Positions 39,744 to 48,605 of a DNA stretch of 64,000 bases are shown piece by piece. Origin of the DNA: an uncultured Anaerolineales bacterium (GTDB lineage Bacteria > Planctomycetota > Phycisphaerae > FEN-1346); the NCBI GenBank assembly GCA_964510295.1, contig CAZEBQ010000001.1, forward strand, positions 829 through 64,828, given 5' to 3'. Each line of letters begins with the position of its first letter. Within the stretch, counting starts at the first letter, position 1. Below the pieces are notes generated by a model. The model was given only the letters and a program-made list of their open reading frames with translations, searched no databases and had not been told where the DNA came from. A program made the position numbers and the translations under genes.

Positions 39744-40628
39744 ATGCCATCGAAAGAGAAACCGGGGAGCAAGAAGAACTTCCACGTGGACGTTCCGATG
39801 AGCACGGAGGGCTTCTTCCTCCGCGGCTCGAACGCCCTCGACTGGGGAATGAAGAACCGCCTCAGCCGCATCTTCAATCCCGAGACCGGCCGCACCGTCA
39901 TGCTTGCCTTCGACCACGGGTACCTGATGGGGCCGACGACCGGCCTCGAGCGGATGGACGTGACGGTGGTTCCGCTGATCCCCTACGTGGACTGCCTCAT
40001 GTGCACACGCGGCGCTCTGCGGACGTGTATCCCGCCCGAAACCCGCAAGCCTGTCTGTCTTCGCGTCAGCACGGGGGCGACCATTCTGAAGGACGACATG
40101 AGCGACGAGTGCATCGGCGTGGACATCGAAGAGGCCGTTCGCCTGGGCGCCGCCGCCATGGCCGTCCAGTGCTACGTGGGCGGAGCGTGTGAGCGGCAGA
40201 CGCTGGAGAACCTGTCGCGGGTCATCAACGCGGGCAACCGTTACGGTATCGCCACGCTCGGTGTGACGGCCGTCGGCAAGGAGATGGCGCGCGACGCCCG
40301 GTACCTGGGGCTCGCCAGCCGTGTCCTCGCCGAACTCGGCGCCCATTATGTCAAGACCTACTTCTGTGCCGAGAAGTTTGAGGAGGTGGTGGCGGGGTGC
40401 CCGGTGCCGATCGTCATCGCCGGCGGCAAGAAAATCCCCGAACCCGACGCCTTGACGATGGCTTACCAGGCCATCGACCAAGGCGCCCTCGGCGTGGACA
40501 TGGGCCGAAACATCTTTGCGGCCGAGGACCCCGTGGCCATGAGCCGGGCCGTGCGGACCGTCGTCCACAACCTCGAAAAGCCCGACAAGGCCTACCAGAT
40601 GTACCAGGACCTGAAGGGCAAGAACTAG
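39744..40628 (+). CDS. Class I aldolase of the DhnA/LsrF (DeoC-like) family
   Basis: ...TVMLAFDHGYLMGPT...HYVKTYF...IVIAGGKK... resembles DhnA-type fructose-bisphosphate aldolase/LsrF. AAGGAG lies upstream of the ATG. Confidence 0.7.
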   Translation: MPSKEKPGSKKNFHVDVPMSTEGFFLRGSNALDWGMKNRLSRIFNPETGRTVMLAFDHGYLMGPTTGLERMDVTVVPLIPYVDCLMCTRGALRTCIPPETRKPVCLRVSTGATILKDDMSDECIGVDIEEAVRLGAAAMAVQCYVGGACERQTLENLSRVINAGNRYGIATLGVTAVGKEMARDARYLGLASRVLAELGAHYVKTYFCAEKFEEVVAGCPVPIVIAGGKKIPEPDALTMAYQAIDQGALGVDMGRNIFAAEDPVAMSRAVRTVVHNLEKPDKAYQMYQDLKGKN

Positions 40629-40704
40629 CCGGACCGAGACTGAGCCCGCTGAGGACCAGGGCCTGCGGCCCCGCGCCCGGCGGGCGGAAAGGAGCGCGTG
40701 AATC

Positions 40705-41397
40705 ATGGCGGATGTCACAAGGCGACAGATGATGACGGGCCTGGCGGCAGGCGCCGCGGCAGGCATGGCCGCAACCGGCGCGGGCTGTGCGGAGACGAAG
40801 GTGGACAAGAAACTCAGGGCATTTAAGAACGAGGAGTTCTACGATGCCGACGGCACGTTCGACCAGGATGCCGCCAAGAAGGCCTATTACGACCTCATGG
40901 CGTATCACGGCTACCCCGCCTACGAGAGCCTCAAGGAAGTCCTGTGGGTCCTGGACTTTGCCGTCGGCCGCTTCACCGACGTCGGCATGGGCGGCGTCTT
41001 CTGGCTCAACGAGTGGGTGGAAGAAGGCAAGTACGGTTACCTCGGCCACGAGATCTTTCTGCTGCCGGGTCAGATGATACCCGAGCATTGGCACGTCCAG
41101 CACGAGGATATCCCGCCGAAGATGGAAGGCTGGCACTGCCGCTACGGCGAGGTGATCCTTTTCGCCGAGGGCGATCCGTCGCCGGATGCCGAGAAGATCA
41201 TCCCCGCGAGCGAACTCAAGTTTACCACGTGCCGTAACGTGCAACGCCTGGCACCCGGCGAGGTCGGCAAACTCGCAGTGCCCTTAGCGCCGCACTTCCA
41301 GGTCGCCGGACCCGAAGGCGAGATCGCGAGCGAATACGCCTCGTACCACTCGATGGACGCGCTGCGGTTCCGCAACCCCGGCATCAAACTCGACTAG
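40705..41397 (+). CDS. Tat-secreted cupin-fold sugar isomerase-like protein (D-lyxose/D-mannose ketol-isomerase-like)
   Basis: A Tat motif TRRQMMTGLAAGAAAG is followed by a cupin-like metal site ...MIPEHWHVQHED...GWHCRYGEVILFAEG. Confidence 0.45.
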   Translation: MADVTRRQMMTGLAAGAAAGMAATGAGCAETKVDKKLRAFKNEEFYDADGTFDQDAAKKAYYDLMAYHGYPAYESLKEVLWVLDFAVGRFTDVGMGGVFWLNEWVEEGKYGYLGHEIFLLPGQMIPEHWHVQHEDIPPKMEGWHCRYGEVILFAEGDPSPDAEKIIPASELKFTTCRNVQRLAPGEVGKLAVPLAPHFQVAGPEGEIASEYASYHSMDALRFRNPGIKLD

Positions 41398-41425
41398 GCG
41401 GCTCGGATGAGTCTCTTGAGAGTTG

Positions 41426-41636
41426 CTGCGCGGCGGGTCTCCGGACCCGCCGCGCATGTGCGCCATCATGCGCGCTGGGCCCCGATACCGTGTTGCCCAA
41501 ACCGGAGCCGTGCCACCCAAACCGCGCGGCGGCCTTCCCAGGCCGCCGCGAGAGGCGTGCACAGGGCGTGGTGGCCGGGGAAGGCCACCACGCGGAAGCA
41601 AGGCTGAATTGGGCAACAGGCCCCCGATACTCTGCT
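41426..41636. repeat. Large composite nested palindromic repeat (~210 bp)
   Basis: Hairpins cgcggcgggtctccggacccgccgcg, gcggcggccttcccaggccgccgc and gtggtggccggggaaggccaccac sit inside outer arms ccccgataccgtgttgcccaa / ttgggcaacaggcccccgatac. Confidence 0.7.
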
Positions 41637-41718
41637 GCACATGACTTGCGTCGGGCCGTGCGTGGGGCGGCCTGAAGGGTTTACTCGTGAAAGGACGGCT
41701 CAGAGGGAGGACCGCGCC

Positions 41719-43074
41719 GTGAGACGAACACTGCCTGTGGCCGCCGCGCTCGCCGCCCTGTTGGCGTCTGTCGCCGCGGCCGACGACACCTTGCTGAAGC
41801 ACACCCGCGAGGCGATGGCGAAGGCCACGGACTACTTTACGTCGATCTCCACAAATGGCGGATGGGTGGGCATGTACAGCCTCGACCTCAAGCAGCGGTG
41901 GGGCGAGGGCCTTTACGAGAAGGCCAAAGCGACTCAAATCTGGGTCCAGCCCCCCGGCACGCCCACCGTCGGAAAGACCTTGCTCCGGGCCTTTCGCGCC
42001 ACGGGCGAGGAGCGGTACCTGGCGGCCGCTCGCAACACAGGCCGGGCACTCGTCTGGGGACAGCGGACCGAAGGAGGATGGGACCACCGCGTGGACGTCT
42101 CACACCTGACGCCCGACGCTCGTGTGCCCGAGAGGAAGAAAGGCCACTGCAGTTTCGACGACAACATCAGCCAAGGCGCGGTCGATTTCCTCATGGATCT
42201 CGACGAGACGCTCGACGAGCCGTGGCTGGACAACGGGGTTGCCCTCGGTCTGCGGTTTCTCCTGCGCAGCCAGTTCCCGAACGGGGCGTGGCCGCAGTGG
42301 TATCCGTTGCGCGGTGGGTACCACGACTACTACACGTTCAACGACAACGCGATCAACGACTGCATCCGGGTGTTGCTCGACGCCCACCGCCGCTACGGCA
42401 AGAAGGAATATCTCGCCGGCGCAAAGCGCGGCGGGGATTTCATCATCGTGTCGCAGGTCAAGCCGCCGCAGACGGGCTGGGCCCAGCAGTATTCGAATGA
42501 CCTGAAGCCCGCGAAGGCCCGGTCGTTTGAGCCCACCGCCGTCTGCAGCACCACCACCGCACGGAATATCCGGACGCTCGTCGACCTGACCGTCTACACG
42601 GGCGAGACGAAGTACTTGGGCCCCATCCCGGCGGCGCTCGACTGGCTCGATCGGTCGAAACTCAAGGCCGGCCTCTGGGCACGCCTGTACGAGGTCGGCA
42701 CGAACAAGCCGATCTACGGCGACCGCGACGGCAAGGTCCATTACACGCTCCAGGAGATCAGCGAAGAGCGGCGGACGGGCTACTCCTGGCAGAGCGAGTA
42801 CGGCGTGGCGTCGGCCAGGGCCTACTACGAGCGCGTCCGCAAGACCGGGCCGGCCGTGTATGCGAAGAGCCGCGCCAAGGCGCCGGCGCCCACCGGCCTG
42901 GCGAAACGGGCGAAGAATCTGGAGCCGCGCGTCAAGAACGTTATCGCCGCCCTCGACGCGGAAGGCCGATGGGTGGACGACGGCAAGAGGGTCCGCTGTC
43001 AGACGTTCGTCGCCAACATGAGCGTGCTGTGCGATTACGTCGAGGCGGCCGCACCCCGGCGGGCGGCCGAGTAG
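41719..43074 (+). CDS. Secreted (alpha/alpha)-toroid protein, possibly a polysaccharide lyase family 10 (PelA/Pel-15E-type pectate lyase) homologue
   Basis: A GTG start with strong RBS AGAGGGAGG and a signal peptide. QFPNGAWPQWYP and W-rich repeats are present. The family call is tentative. Confidence 0.4.
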   Translation: MRRTLPVAAALAALLASVAAADDTLLKHTREAMAKATDYFTSISTNGGWVGMYSLDLKQRWGEGLYEKAKATQIWVQPPGTPTVGKTLLRAFRATGEERYLAAARNTGRALVWGQRTEGGWDHRVDVSHLTPDARVPERKKGHCSFDDNISQGAVDFLMDLDETLDEPWLDNGVALGLRFLLRSQFPNGAWPQWYPLRGGYHDYYTFNDNAINDCIRVLLDAHRRYGKKEYLAGAKRGGDFIIVSQVKPPQTGWAQQYSNDLKPAKARSFEPTAVCSTTTARNIRTLVDLTVYTGETKYLGPIPAALDWLDRSKLKAGLWARLYEVGTNKPIYGDRDGKVHYTLQEISEERRTGYSWQSEYGVASARAYYERVRKTGPAVYAKSRAKAPAPTGLAKRAKNLEPRVKNVIAALDAEGRWVDDGKRVRCQTFVANMSVLCDYVEAAAPRRAAE

Positions 43075-43168
43075 GGCGGCGGTGCCCGCGGAACCCGTTC
43101 CCAGGCATCCCAAGGAGAAAACCGTGCCGGATGAACCCGGAGAACAAGAGCACGGCTCCTCCAGGGGC

Positions 43169-44584
43169 ATGAACCGACGGGGTTTCCTGCACGTGGTGGC
43201 GGCGGGCGCCGCCGCGGCCTGCGGGCTGTGCCGGTCCGCCGCAGCCGCCCCGAAGCCCAACCGGCCGAACATTGTGGTCATTCTGACCGACGACCAGGGC
43301 TACGCGGACATCAGTTTCAACCCGCGTCATCCGCGGGAGGTCTCCACGCCGCACATGGACGCCCTGGCGCGCGAGGGGGTGTTCTTCACAGAGGCCTACA
43401 TCAGCGGCAACGTCTGCTCGCCGACCCGGGCGGGGATCATGACCGGACGCTACCAGCAGCGTTGCGGCATCTACACGGCGGGGGAGGGCGGTTCGGGCCT
43501 GCCCCTGACCGAGACGATCTTCCCGCAGTTTCTGAAGCCGGCGGGCTATGTCTGCGGAGCCTTCGGCAAATGGCACCTCGGGCTGACCCGCGAGTACAGC
43601 CCGGTGGCGCGCGGATTCGATACGTTCTACGGGTTCCTCGGGCGCGGCGCGCACGACTACTTCAAACTCGATGACCCCGACTCGCCCCTCTACCGCGGCC
43701 TTGAGCCGGTGAGGGATGAAGGGTATCTCACGACCCGTCTGACCGACGAGGCCGTCTCGTTCATCAAGCGGTACAAGGACCGGCCGTTCTTCGCGTACCT
43801 GGCTTACAATGCGGTCCACGCGCCCGCCCAGGCGCCTGAAGAGGACATCAAGCGGTTCGACACGGGGGACCCGCAGCGCGACGTCCTGATGGCCATGCTG
43901 AAGCATCTGGACGCCGGCGTCGGCCGTGTCGTTCACACGCTCAAGCAGGAAGGCGTCTGGGAGAACACCTTGCTCTTCTTCCTGACGGACAACGGCGGGT
44001 CCAAAGCGATGCACGCGAACAACGCGCCGCTGCGCGGCTTCAAGCAATGGAATTACGAGGGTGGGATTCGCACGCCGTTCGTCGTCACGTGGCCGGCGCG
44101 GTTGACGGGCGGCCGAACGGTGGATGTGCCCGTCATCTCGTTCGATATTCTGCCCACCGCGCTTGCCGCGGCCGGCGTCGGGTCACCGACGGACAAGCCG
44201 TTCGACGGAAAGAGTCTGTTGCCCGTCCTCGACGGCCACGCGAAGACGTTGCACGAACACCTGTTCTGGAGCGAGGGCGGCTCGACCGGCGAATGGGCCG
44301 TACGGTCCGGCCACTGGAAACTGGTGGCCATTCGCCAGATGCGGGAACTGTTTGACCTGGACGCGGACCCCTCCGAGGCCCACGACCTCGCCGCGCAGAG
44401 GCCCGATAAGGTGGAGGAACTCACCCGGCTCTACGACGCCTGGCTCGACCGGATGGCCGAGCCGATCAAGAGCGGCGGCAAACGGTGGGAGCAGAAGGCG
44501 TTAACTCCCAGAGAGAAAAAACGCCTCGAACGAAGGAAATTGCGGAAGACCAAGAAGGGCAAGCCGGACCAGACGCCTCCGTGA
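43169..44584 (+). CDS. Arylsulfatase (formylglycine-dependent sulfatase family), Tat-exported
   Basis: A Tat signal NRRGFLHVVAAGAAAA and the sulfatase signature CSPTRAGIMTGRY (C-x-P-x-R). PNIVVILTDDQGYAD is the N-terminal motif. Confidence 0.85.
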   Translation: MNRRGFLHVVAAGAAAACGLCRSAAAAPKPNRPNIVVILTDDQGYADISFNPRHPREVSTPHMDALAREGVFFTEAYISGNVCSPTRAGIMTGRYQQRCGIYTAGEGGSGLPLTETIFPQFLKPAGYVCGAFGKWHLGLTREYSPVARGFDTFYGFLGRGAHDYFKLDDPDSPLYRGLEPVRDEGYLTTRLTDEAVSFIKRYKDRPFFAYLAYNAVHAPAQAPEEDIKRFDTGDPQRDVLMAMLKHLDAGVGRVVHTLKQEGVWENTLLFFLTDNGGSKAMHANNAPLRGFKQWNYEGGIRTPFVVTWPARLTGGRTVDVPVISFDILPTALAAAGVGSPTDKPFDGKSLLPVLDGHAKTLHEHLFWSEGGSTGEWAVRSGHWKLVAIRQMRELFDLDADPSEAHDLAAQRPDKVEELTRLYDAWLDRMAEPIKSGGKRWEQKALTPREKKRLERRKLRKTKKGKPDQTPP

Positions 44585-44717
44585 CCGCTTCGCCGCCGCG
44601 ATGCCGAGGGTCGTCGCTGCGGTCCGTCTTGGCGAGAGCAGAACGTTGATTCACCGGCTGCAGCACCGTATTATCCAGGGGAACCTGCAACGCCGTGAAC
44701 ATGAAAGGAACCGAGCG

Positions 44718-45623
44718 ATGGAGACACGACACGACCGCGACGCGGCCGGCATCAGCCGACGCCACCTCCTGAAGGGCGTGGCCGGCGGTGCTGCCGCGAT
44801 GGCGGCAATGGGACTTGTGAACGGGCAAGCAAGGGCGGAGGAAGCCATGGCCGGTGCCAAACTCAAAGGCCGAATCAAGCAGTCCGTCTCCAGGTGGTGC
44901 TTCGGCAAGATTCCGATGGACGAGTTCTGCAAGGCCTGTGCCGAGATGGGCATCAAGGGCATCGATCTGATCGGCCCGAGGGATTGGCCCACGATGAAGA
45001 AGTACGGCCTTGTGGGCACGTGCACGCCCGGCAGCATCGGCATCGCCAAGGGCCTGAACGACAAGAAGAACCATGAGAAGGCCCTGGCGAGACTCCGCCA
45101 GGCCATCGAGCAGACGGCCGAGGCCGGCTTCCCGAACGTGATATGCATGTCGGGCAACCGCGGCAACATCTCCGATGAGGAGGGCCAGGCGAACTGTGTC
45201 GAGGCCCTCAAGCAGGTCGCCGGCCTGGCCGAGAAGAAGGGTGTGACCATCGTCATGGAACTGCTGAACTCGAAGGTCGACCACAAGGGGTACATGGCCG
45301 ACCACACGGACTGGCTCGTCGAAGTCATCAAGCGCGTGGGCAGCCCGAGGTTCAAGGCCCTCTACGACATCTATCACATGCAGATTATGGAAGGCGACAT
45401 CATCCGGACCATCCGCGACAACATCGACACCATCGGCCACTTCCACACGGGCGGCAACCCCGGCCGCAACGAACTCGACGAGACGCAGGAACTCTACTAC
45501 CCGGCCATCATGAAGGCCATCGTCGAGACGGGCTTCAAGGGCTGGGTGGCCCACGAGTTCGTCCCGAAGCGCAAGCCGCCGCTCGACAGCCTCCGCCAGG
45601 CGGTCGGGATCTGCGACGTGTGA
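44718..45623 (+). CDS. Sugar phosphate isomerase/epimerase (xylose-isomerase-like TIM barrel; hydroxypyruvate-isomerase-like), Tat-exported
   Basis: A Tat signal SRRHLLKGVAGGAAAMAA and ...VTIVMELLN...HFHTGGNPGRNE...GWVAHEF... AP-endonuclease-2-type TIM barrel motifs. Confidence 0.7.
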   Translation: METRHDRDAAGISRRHLLKGVAGGAAAMAAMGLVNGQARAEEAMAGAKLKGRIKQSVSRWCFGKIPMDEFCKACAEMGIKGIDLIGPRDWPTMKKYGLVGTCTPGSIGIAKGLNDKKNHEKALARLRQAIEQTAEAGFPNVICMSGNRGNISDEEGQANCVEALKQVAGLAEKKGVTIVMELLNSKVDHKGYMADHTDWLVEVIKRVGSPRFKALYDIYHMQIMEGDIIRTIRDNIDTIGHFHTGGNPGRNELDETQELYYPAIMKAIVETGFKGWVAHEFVPKRKPPLDSLRQAVGICDV

Positions 45624-45676
45624 CGGCAAGGGGCACGCTTCAAATTTGTGCATCCGGATTTGGTGGAGCGATATAA

Positions 45677-45919
45677 CTTGCGGTTGGAGGACTAGCCGTC
45701 TCCGACTATCACATCAACATTTTCTACAGCGAGGAGGACGGCGGGTACGTGGCCGACGTTCCGGACCTGGAGTCGTGTTCGGCGTTTGGAAAGACCCCAG
45801 AGGAGGCGCTCGCCGAGGTCGAGCGTGCGAAGGAGGCTTGGCTCCAGGCGGCGCGCGACGCAGGCAAGCCGATTCCCCCGCCGCGCTATCGGCCGGTCAT
45901 CTACCAGACGTCAGATTAG
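45677..45919 (+). pseudogene. HicB-like (UPF0150) antitoxin fragment without a canonical start and without a hicA partner
   Basis: Reading the +3 frame by hand gives ...YHINIFYSEEDGGYVADVPDLESCSAFGKTPEEALAEVERAKEAWLQAARDAGKPIPPP..., a HicB N-domain-like sequence. There is no ATG/GTG/TTG at its expected start, and the region in front is too short for a hicA. Confidence 0.35.
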
Positions 45920-45973
45920 GAACGCGCTGTGGACGCGCACGGGCCAAGCGCCTGCGCCGCGATCGACGGGCCT

Positions 45974-46100
45974 TGTCTGCCCTGGAGTCGCGCTACCCTT
46001 TCACTGCCCCCGCCGTCAGGCCGCTGATGAACTCGCGCTGCAGCATGATGAACAGGGCCATCACCGGCAGAATCGCCGGCACCGCCCCCGCCATCCGGAT
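45974..46100 (-). pseudogene. C-terminal remnant of a carbohydrate ABC-transporter permease (MalG-type)
   Basis: Reverse-complement translation gives ...GPTFGIRMAGAVPAILPVMALFIMLQREFISGLTAGAVKG*, the conserved tail of sugar ABC permeases. The frame upstream is interrupted and overlaps the start region of the next gene. Confidence 0.4.
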
Positions 46101-46190
46101 GCCGAAGGTCGGTCCGACGCCGTTTTCCCTTCCCAACCGGCGCCACTGGCGATACCGTTTTCGGGACCTTTACAGTCGGGGAGGCACACC

Positions 46191-48605
46191 ATGCGACCGT
46201 CGATGGGTGCGAGAATGCTCGCGGCCTGGGTGGTGCTCGTGGCCGCAGGCGCGTGTCGGGCCGAGACGCTCACACTTCAGCAAGGGGCAGGCGGCTACAA
46301 CGGCTGCGTCACGCATACGCTCTGGAGCGCGAAAGCCAAACCGGCCGAGAAGGCGGTGGCAGGGGAGGGCGTCCTTGCGATGCGCGGGTCGGCGAATCGC
46401 CTGCTCTTGAAATTCGGGTTGCCCGAGTCGCTGCGCTCCAGGAAGGTGGCCCGCGCCCGCCTCGCCGTCTTCGTGCCCAAGGCGGCGAACCTCAGGATGA
46501 TCTGCGAAATCCTCTGCCGCGAGGTGCTCCAGGACTGGACGGCCGACGCTGACTGGGGCAGTGCCCGGCCCGGTCATCCGTGGAAGACGCCCGGCGGCAC
46601 GACGGACCGCACGACGGACTACCAGCGCGGCCGGCCGACGGGGGCCGTCGATTCGGAGTCGCTCTGGGAATACGACGGCCGGTACTTCCCGCACCGCTAT
46701 CGGTTCCTCGCGGTGCCTGAAGGCGGGAAGTGGATCGAGTTCAACGTCACGCCGCTCGTGCGCAAATGGATGGAAGACCCCCGCGCCAATCGCGGCGTGG
46801 CGCTCGAACCCATCGGTCAGGCCGACCGCCGGTTTCCCAACCGGACGGCCATCGACATTCCGGCGGCAGACAGCCCGGACCGCACGCATCGCCCCAAACT
46901 CCTTCTGGATGTCGAGCCACTTGAGGTCGCCTACGAGGTCGCCGCCACCCACGCGCTCCGCAAGTTCTGCGACCGCAGCGGCCGGTATCGGTTCCGGGGC
47001 CCGTACGCGCCGCGGCACGACATGGCGATGGCCCGCAACGAGTTCGAGCCGTTCCAGGTACTCGTCTTTCCCGTGGTCGCTGACCTGAAGGGCGTGGTTC
47101 TGGAATGCGCGGACCTGGTGGATGCCGCCACCGGCGCGAAGATACCGAAGGAAGACGTGACGTATCACCTGCAGGAGGTTTTCCGGCTCCACACCAACAA
47201 CAAGATCAAGGACTGGTACTTCCACGGGAAGAACTTCGAGGTGCCCGACCCGCTCGCGCCTGCCAGGCCCGCGGACCTGCCCGTCCACGTGGCCACGCCG
47301 TTCTGGATGACCGTCCGGACGCGGCCAGAAACGAAGGCCGGCACGTATCGCGGCAGGATTACGGTGAGGCCCCGGAATGCCCCGCCGCGCCACGTGGACC
47401 TCACGGTCAAGGTCTGGGATTACTCGGTTCCCGAGAGGTGGAACTTTCACACGATGGGCCAGACCTGTTGGGGATACATCGGACGGGTGCACGGGAAGAT
47501 CACGCCCGACCTGAAGCGCCGCTACATCGACTTCCTGCTCGACCACCGTTTCAACCCGACCGAGCAGTACGCGGACAAACTGTCGCCCGATGCACCGGAC
47601 ATCCCGTACTGCTTCGAGCGCGGCGGGAACACGATCTATCTCTCGGGGAACTTCACGGGCAACGTCGAGGCGCTGCGCGGGCGGTACGACACCGTCCAGA
47701 AACTGGGCCTCATCGACCACGCCCTCGTCTACATCGGCGACGAGACCAAGGACTGGAACCAGATGCGCCGACGGTCCGATCGGATTCGCAAGGTGTGTCC
47801 GGAACTGATGATCATGATCGGCGGATCGTTTCCGCGCACCGAACTCGACGGGGTCATCGACATCTACGATCCTCAGATCGACCGCCGCACCAATCAGGTC
47901 TACAGCCTGCCGGCCGACCAGATGCAGCCGCTCATCGCCAAGTCGCAGGCCAAGGGCGAGAAGTTCTTCTGGTACGTCGCCGCCGGCCCGATGCTGCCGT
48001 GCCCGAACGTGCAGATGGAAGACCCGCTCATCGCCTCGCGTGTCCTGTTCTGGATGACCTGGAAGTTCGGCGTCACCGGCTTCGAGTACTACTGCTACAA
48101 CATCTGGCAGCACAACCTGCCCGACAAGGACGGCCGCCGCTGGCCCGACAAGCCGTTCTACCCGCGCGGGTGGGGCGACACGAACGGCGACGGCATGCTC
48201 TTCTATCCCGGCCGAGACGGGCCGCTTTCCAGCGTTCGCTTCGAGAACATCCGCGACGGTATCGAGGACTGGGAAAGCCACCAGGTCCTGGCCGACTACG
48301 TGACCGCGCTAAAAGACAAGGTCACGAAGCAGCCGAGCCTTGCGGCAAAGGCGCGGCCGCTTCTGGCGCGGGCCGAGGCCGTCCTCAAGGTGCCTGGCGA
48401 CGTGTGCGGCGAGGACTTCACCCAGTGGACGTGGCAGCCGCAGGTTCTCCTCCAGGCCCGCCGCAACCTGGGCGAGACGATCGAGGAATTCGCGAAACTC
48501 GTGACGGAGGATGAGGCGGGTTCCGCCGCCGATGCCCGCCGCAACGCCGTCCTCCAGCGCCAGCGGGCTATGCTGAAGGCCCGTTCCGCAGCGGCGGGGA
48601 GTTAG
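46191..48605 (+). CDS. Secreted DNRLRE-domain plus DUF4091-type (GH123-like) glycoside hydrolase candidate
   Basis: ATG preceded by GGGGAGG, with a signal peptide. The N-terminal GSANRLLLKFGLPE...W...W is a DNRLRE-like module. The C-terminus carries WYVAAGPM...WKFGVTGFEYYCYNIWQHN...GDGMLFYPG, typical of DUF4091. Confidence 0.55.
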   Translation: MRPSMGARMLAAWVVLVAAGACRAETLTLQQGAGGYNGCVTHTLWSAKAKPAEKAVAGEGVLAMRGSANRLLLKFGLPESLRSRKVARARLAVFVPKAANLRMICEILCREVLQDWTADADWGSARPGHPWKTPGGTTDRTTDYQRGRPTGAVDSESLWEYDGRYFPHRYRFLAVPEGGKWIEFNVTPLVRKWMEDPRANRGVALEPIGQADRRFPNRTAIDIPAADSPDRTHRPKLLLDVEPLEVAYEVAATHALRKFCDRSGRYRFRGPYAPRHDMAMARNEFEPFQVLVFPVVADLKGVVLECADLVDAATGAKIPKEDVTYHLQEVFRLHTNNKIKDWYFHGKNFEVPDPLAPARPADLPVHVATPFWMTVRTRPETKAGTYRGRITVRPRNAPPRHVDLTVKVWDYSVPERWNFHTMGQTCWGYIGRVHGKITPDLKRRYIDFLLDHRFNPTEQYADKLSPDAPDIPYCFERGGNTIYLSGNFTGNVEALRGRYDTVQKLGLIDHALVYIGDETKDWNQMRRRSDRIRKVCPELMIMIGGSFPRTELDGVIDIYDPQIDRRTNQVYSLPADQMQPLIAKSQAKGEKFFWYVAAGPMLPCPNVQMEDPLIASRVLFWMTWKFGVTGFEYYCYNIWQHNLPDKDGRRWPDKPFYPRGWGDTNGDGMLFYPGRDGPLSSVRFENIRDGIEDWESHQVLADYVTALKDKVTKQPSLAAKARPLLARAEAVLKVPGDVCGEDFTQWTWQPQVLLQARRNLGETIEEFAKLVTEDEAGSAADARRNAVLQRQRAMLKARSAAAGS

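Noticed and set aside
45646-46410. 254-aa plus-strand ORF bridging the HicB-like fragment and the DUF4091 gene start
   Set aside because: The translation is Arg/Gly-rich junk in a frame different from both the HicB-like reading frame and the downstream gene. It also runs through the ABC-permease remnant.
46170-48281. 703-aa minus-strand ORF antisense to the DUF4091 gene (also 28048-30000, 42100-43281, 12267-13880, 10298-11542, 9267-10292, 38483-39592, 39714-40808 and 59373-60848, all minus strand)
   Set aside because: All lie opposite genes with clear family signatures, have extreme R/G/P/A composition and lack any recognisable motif. They are expected by chance at ~68% GC.
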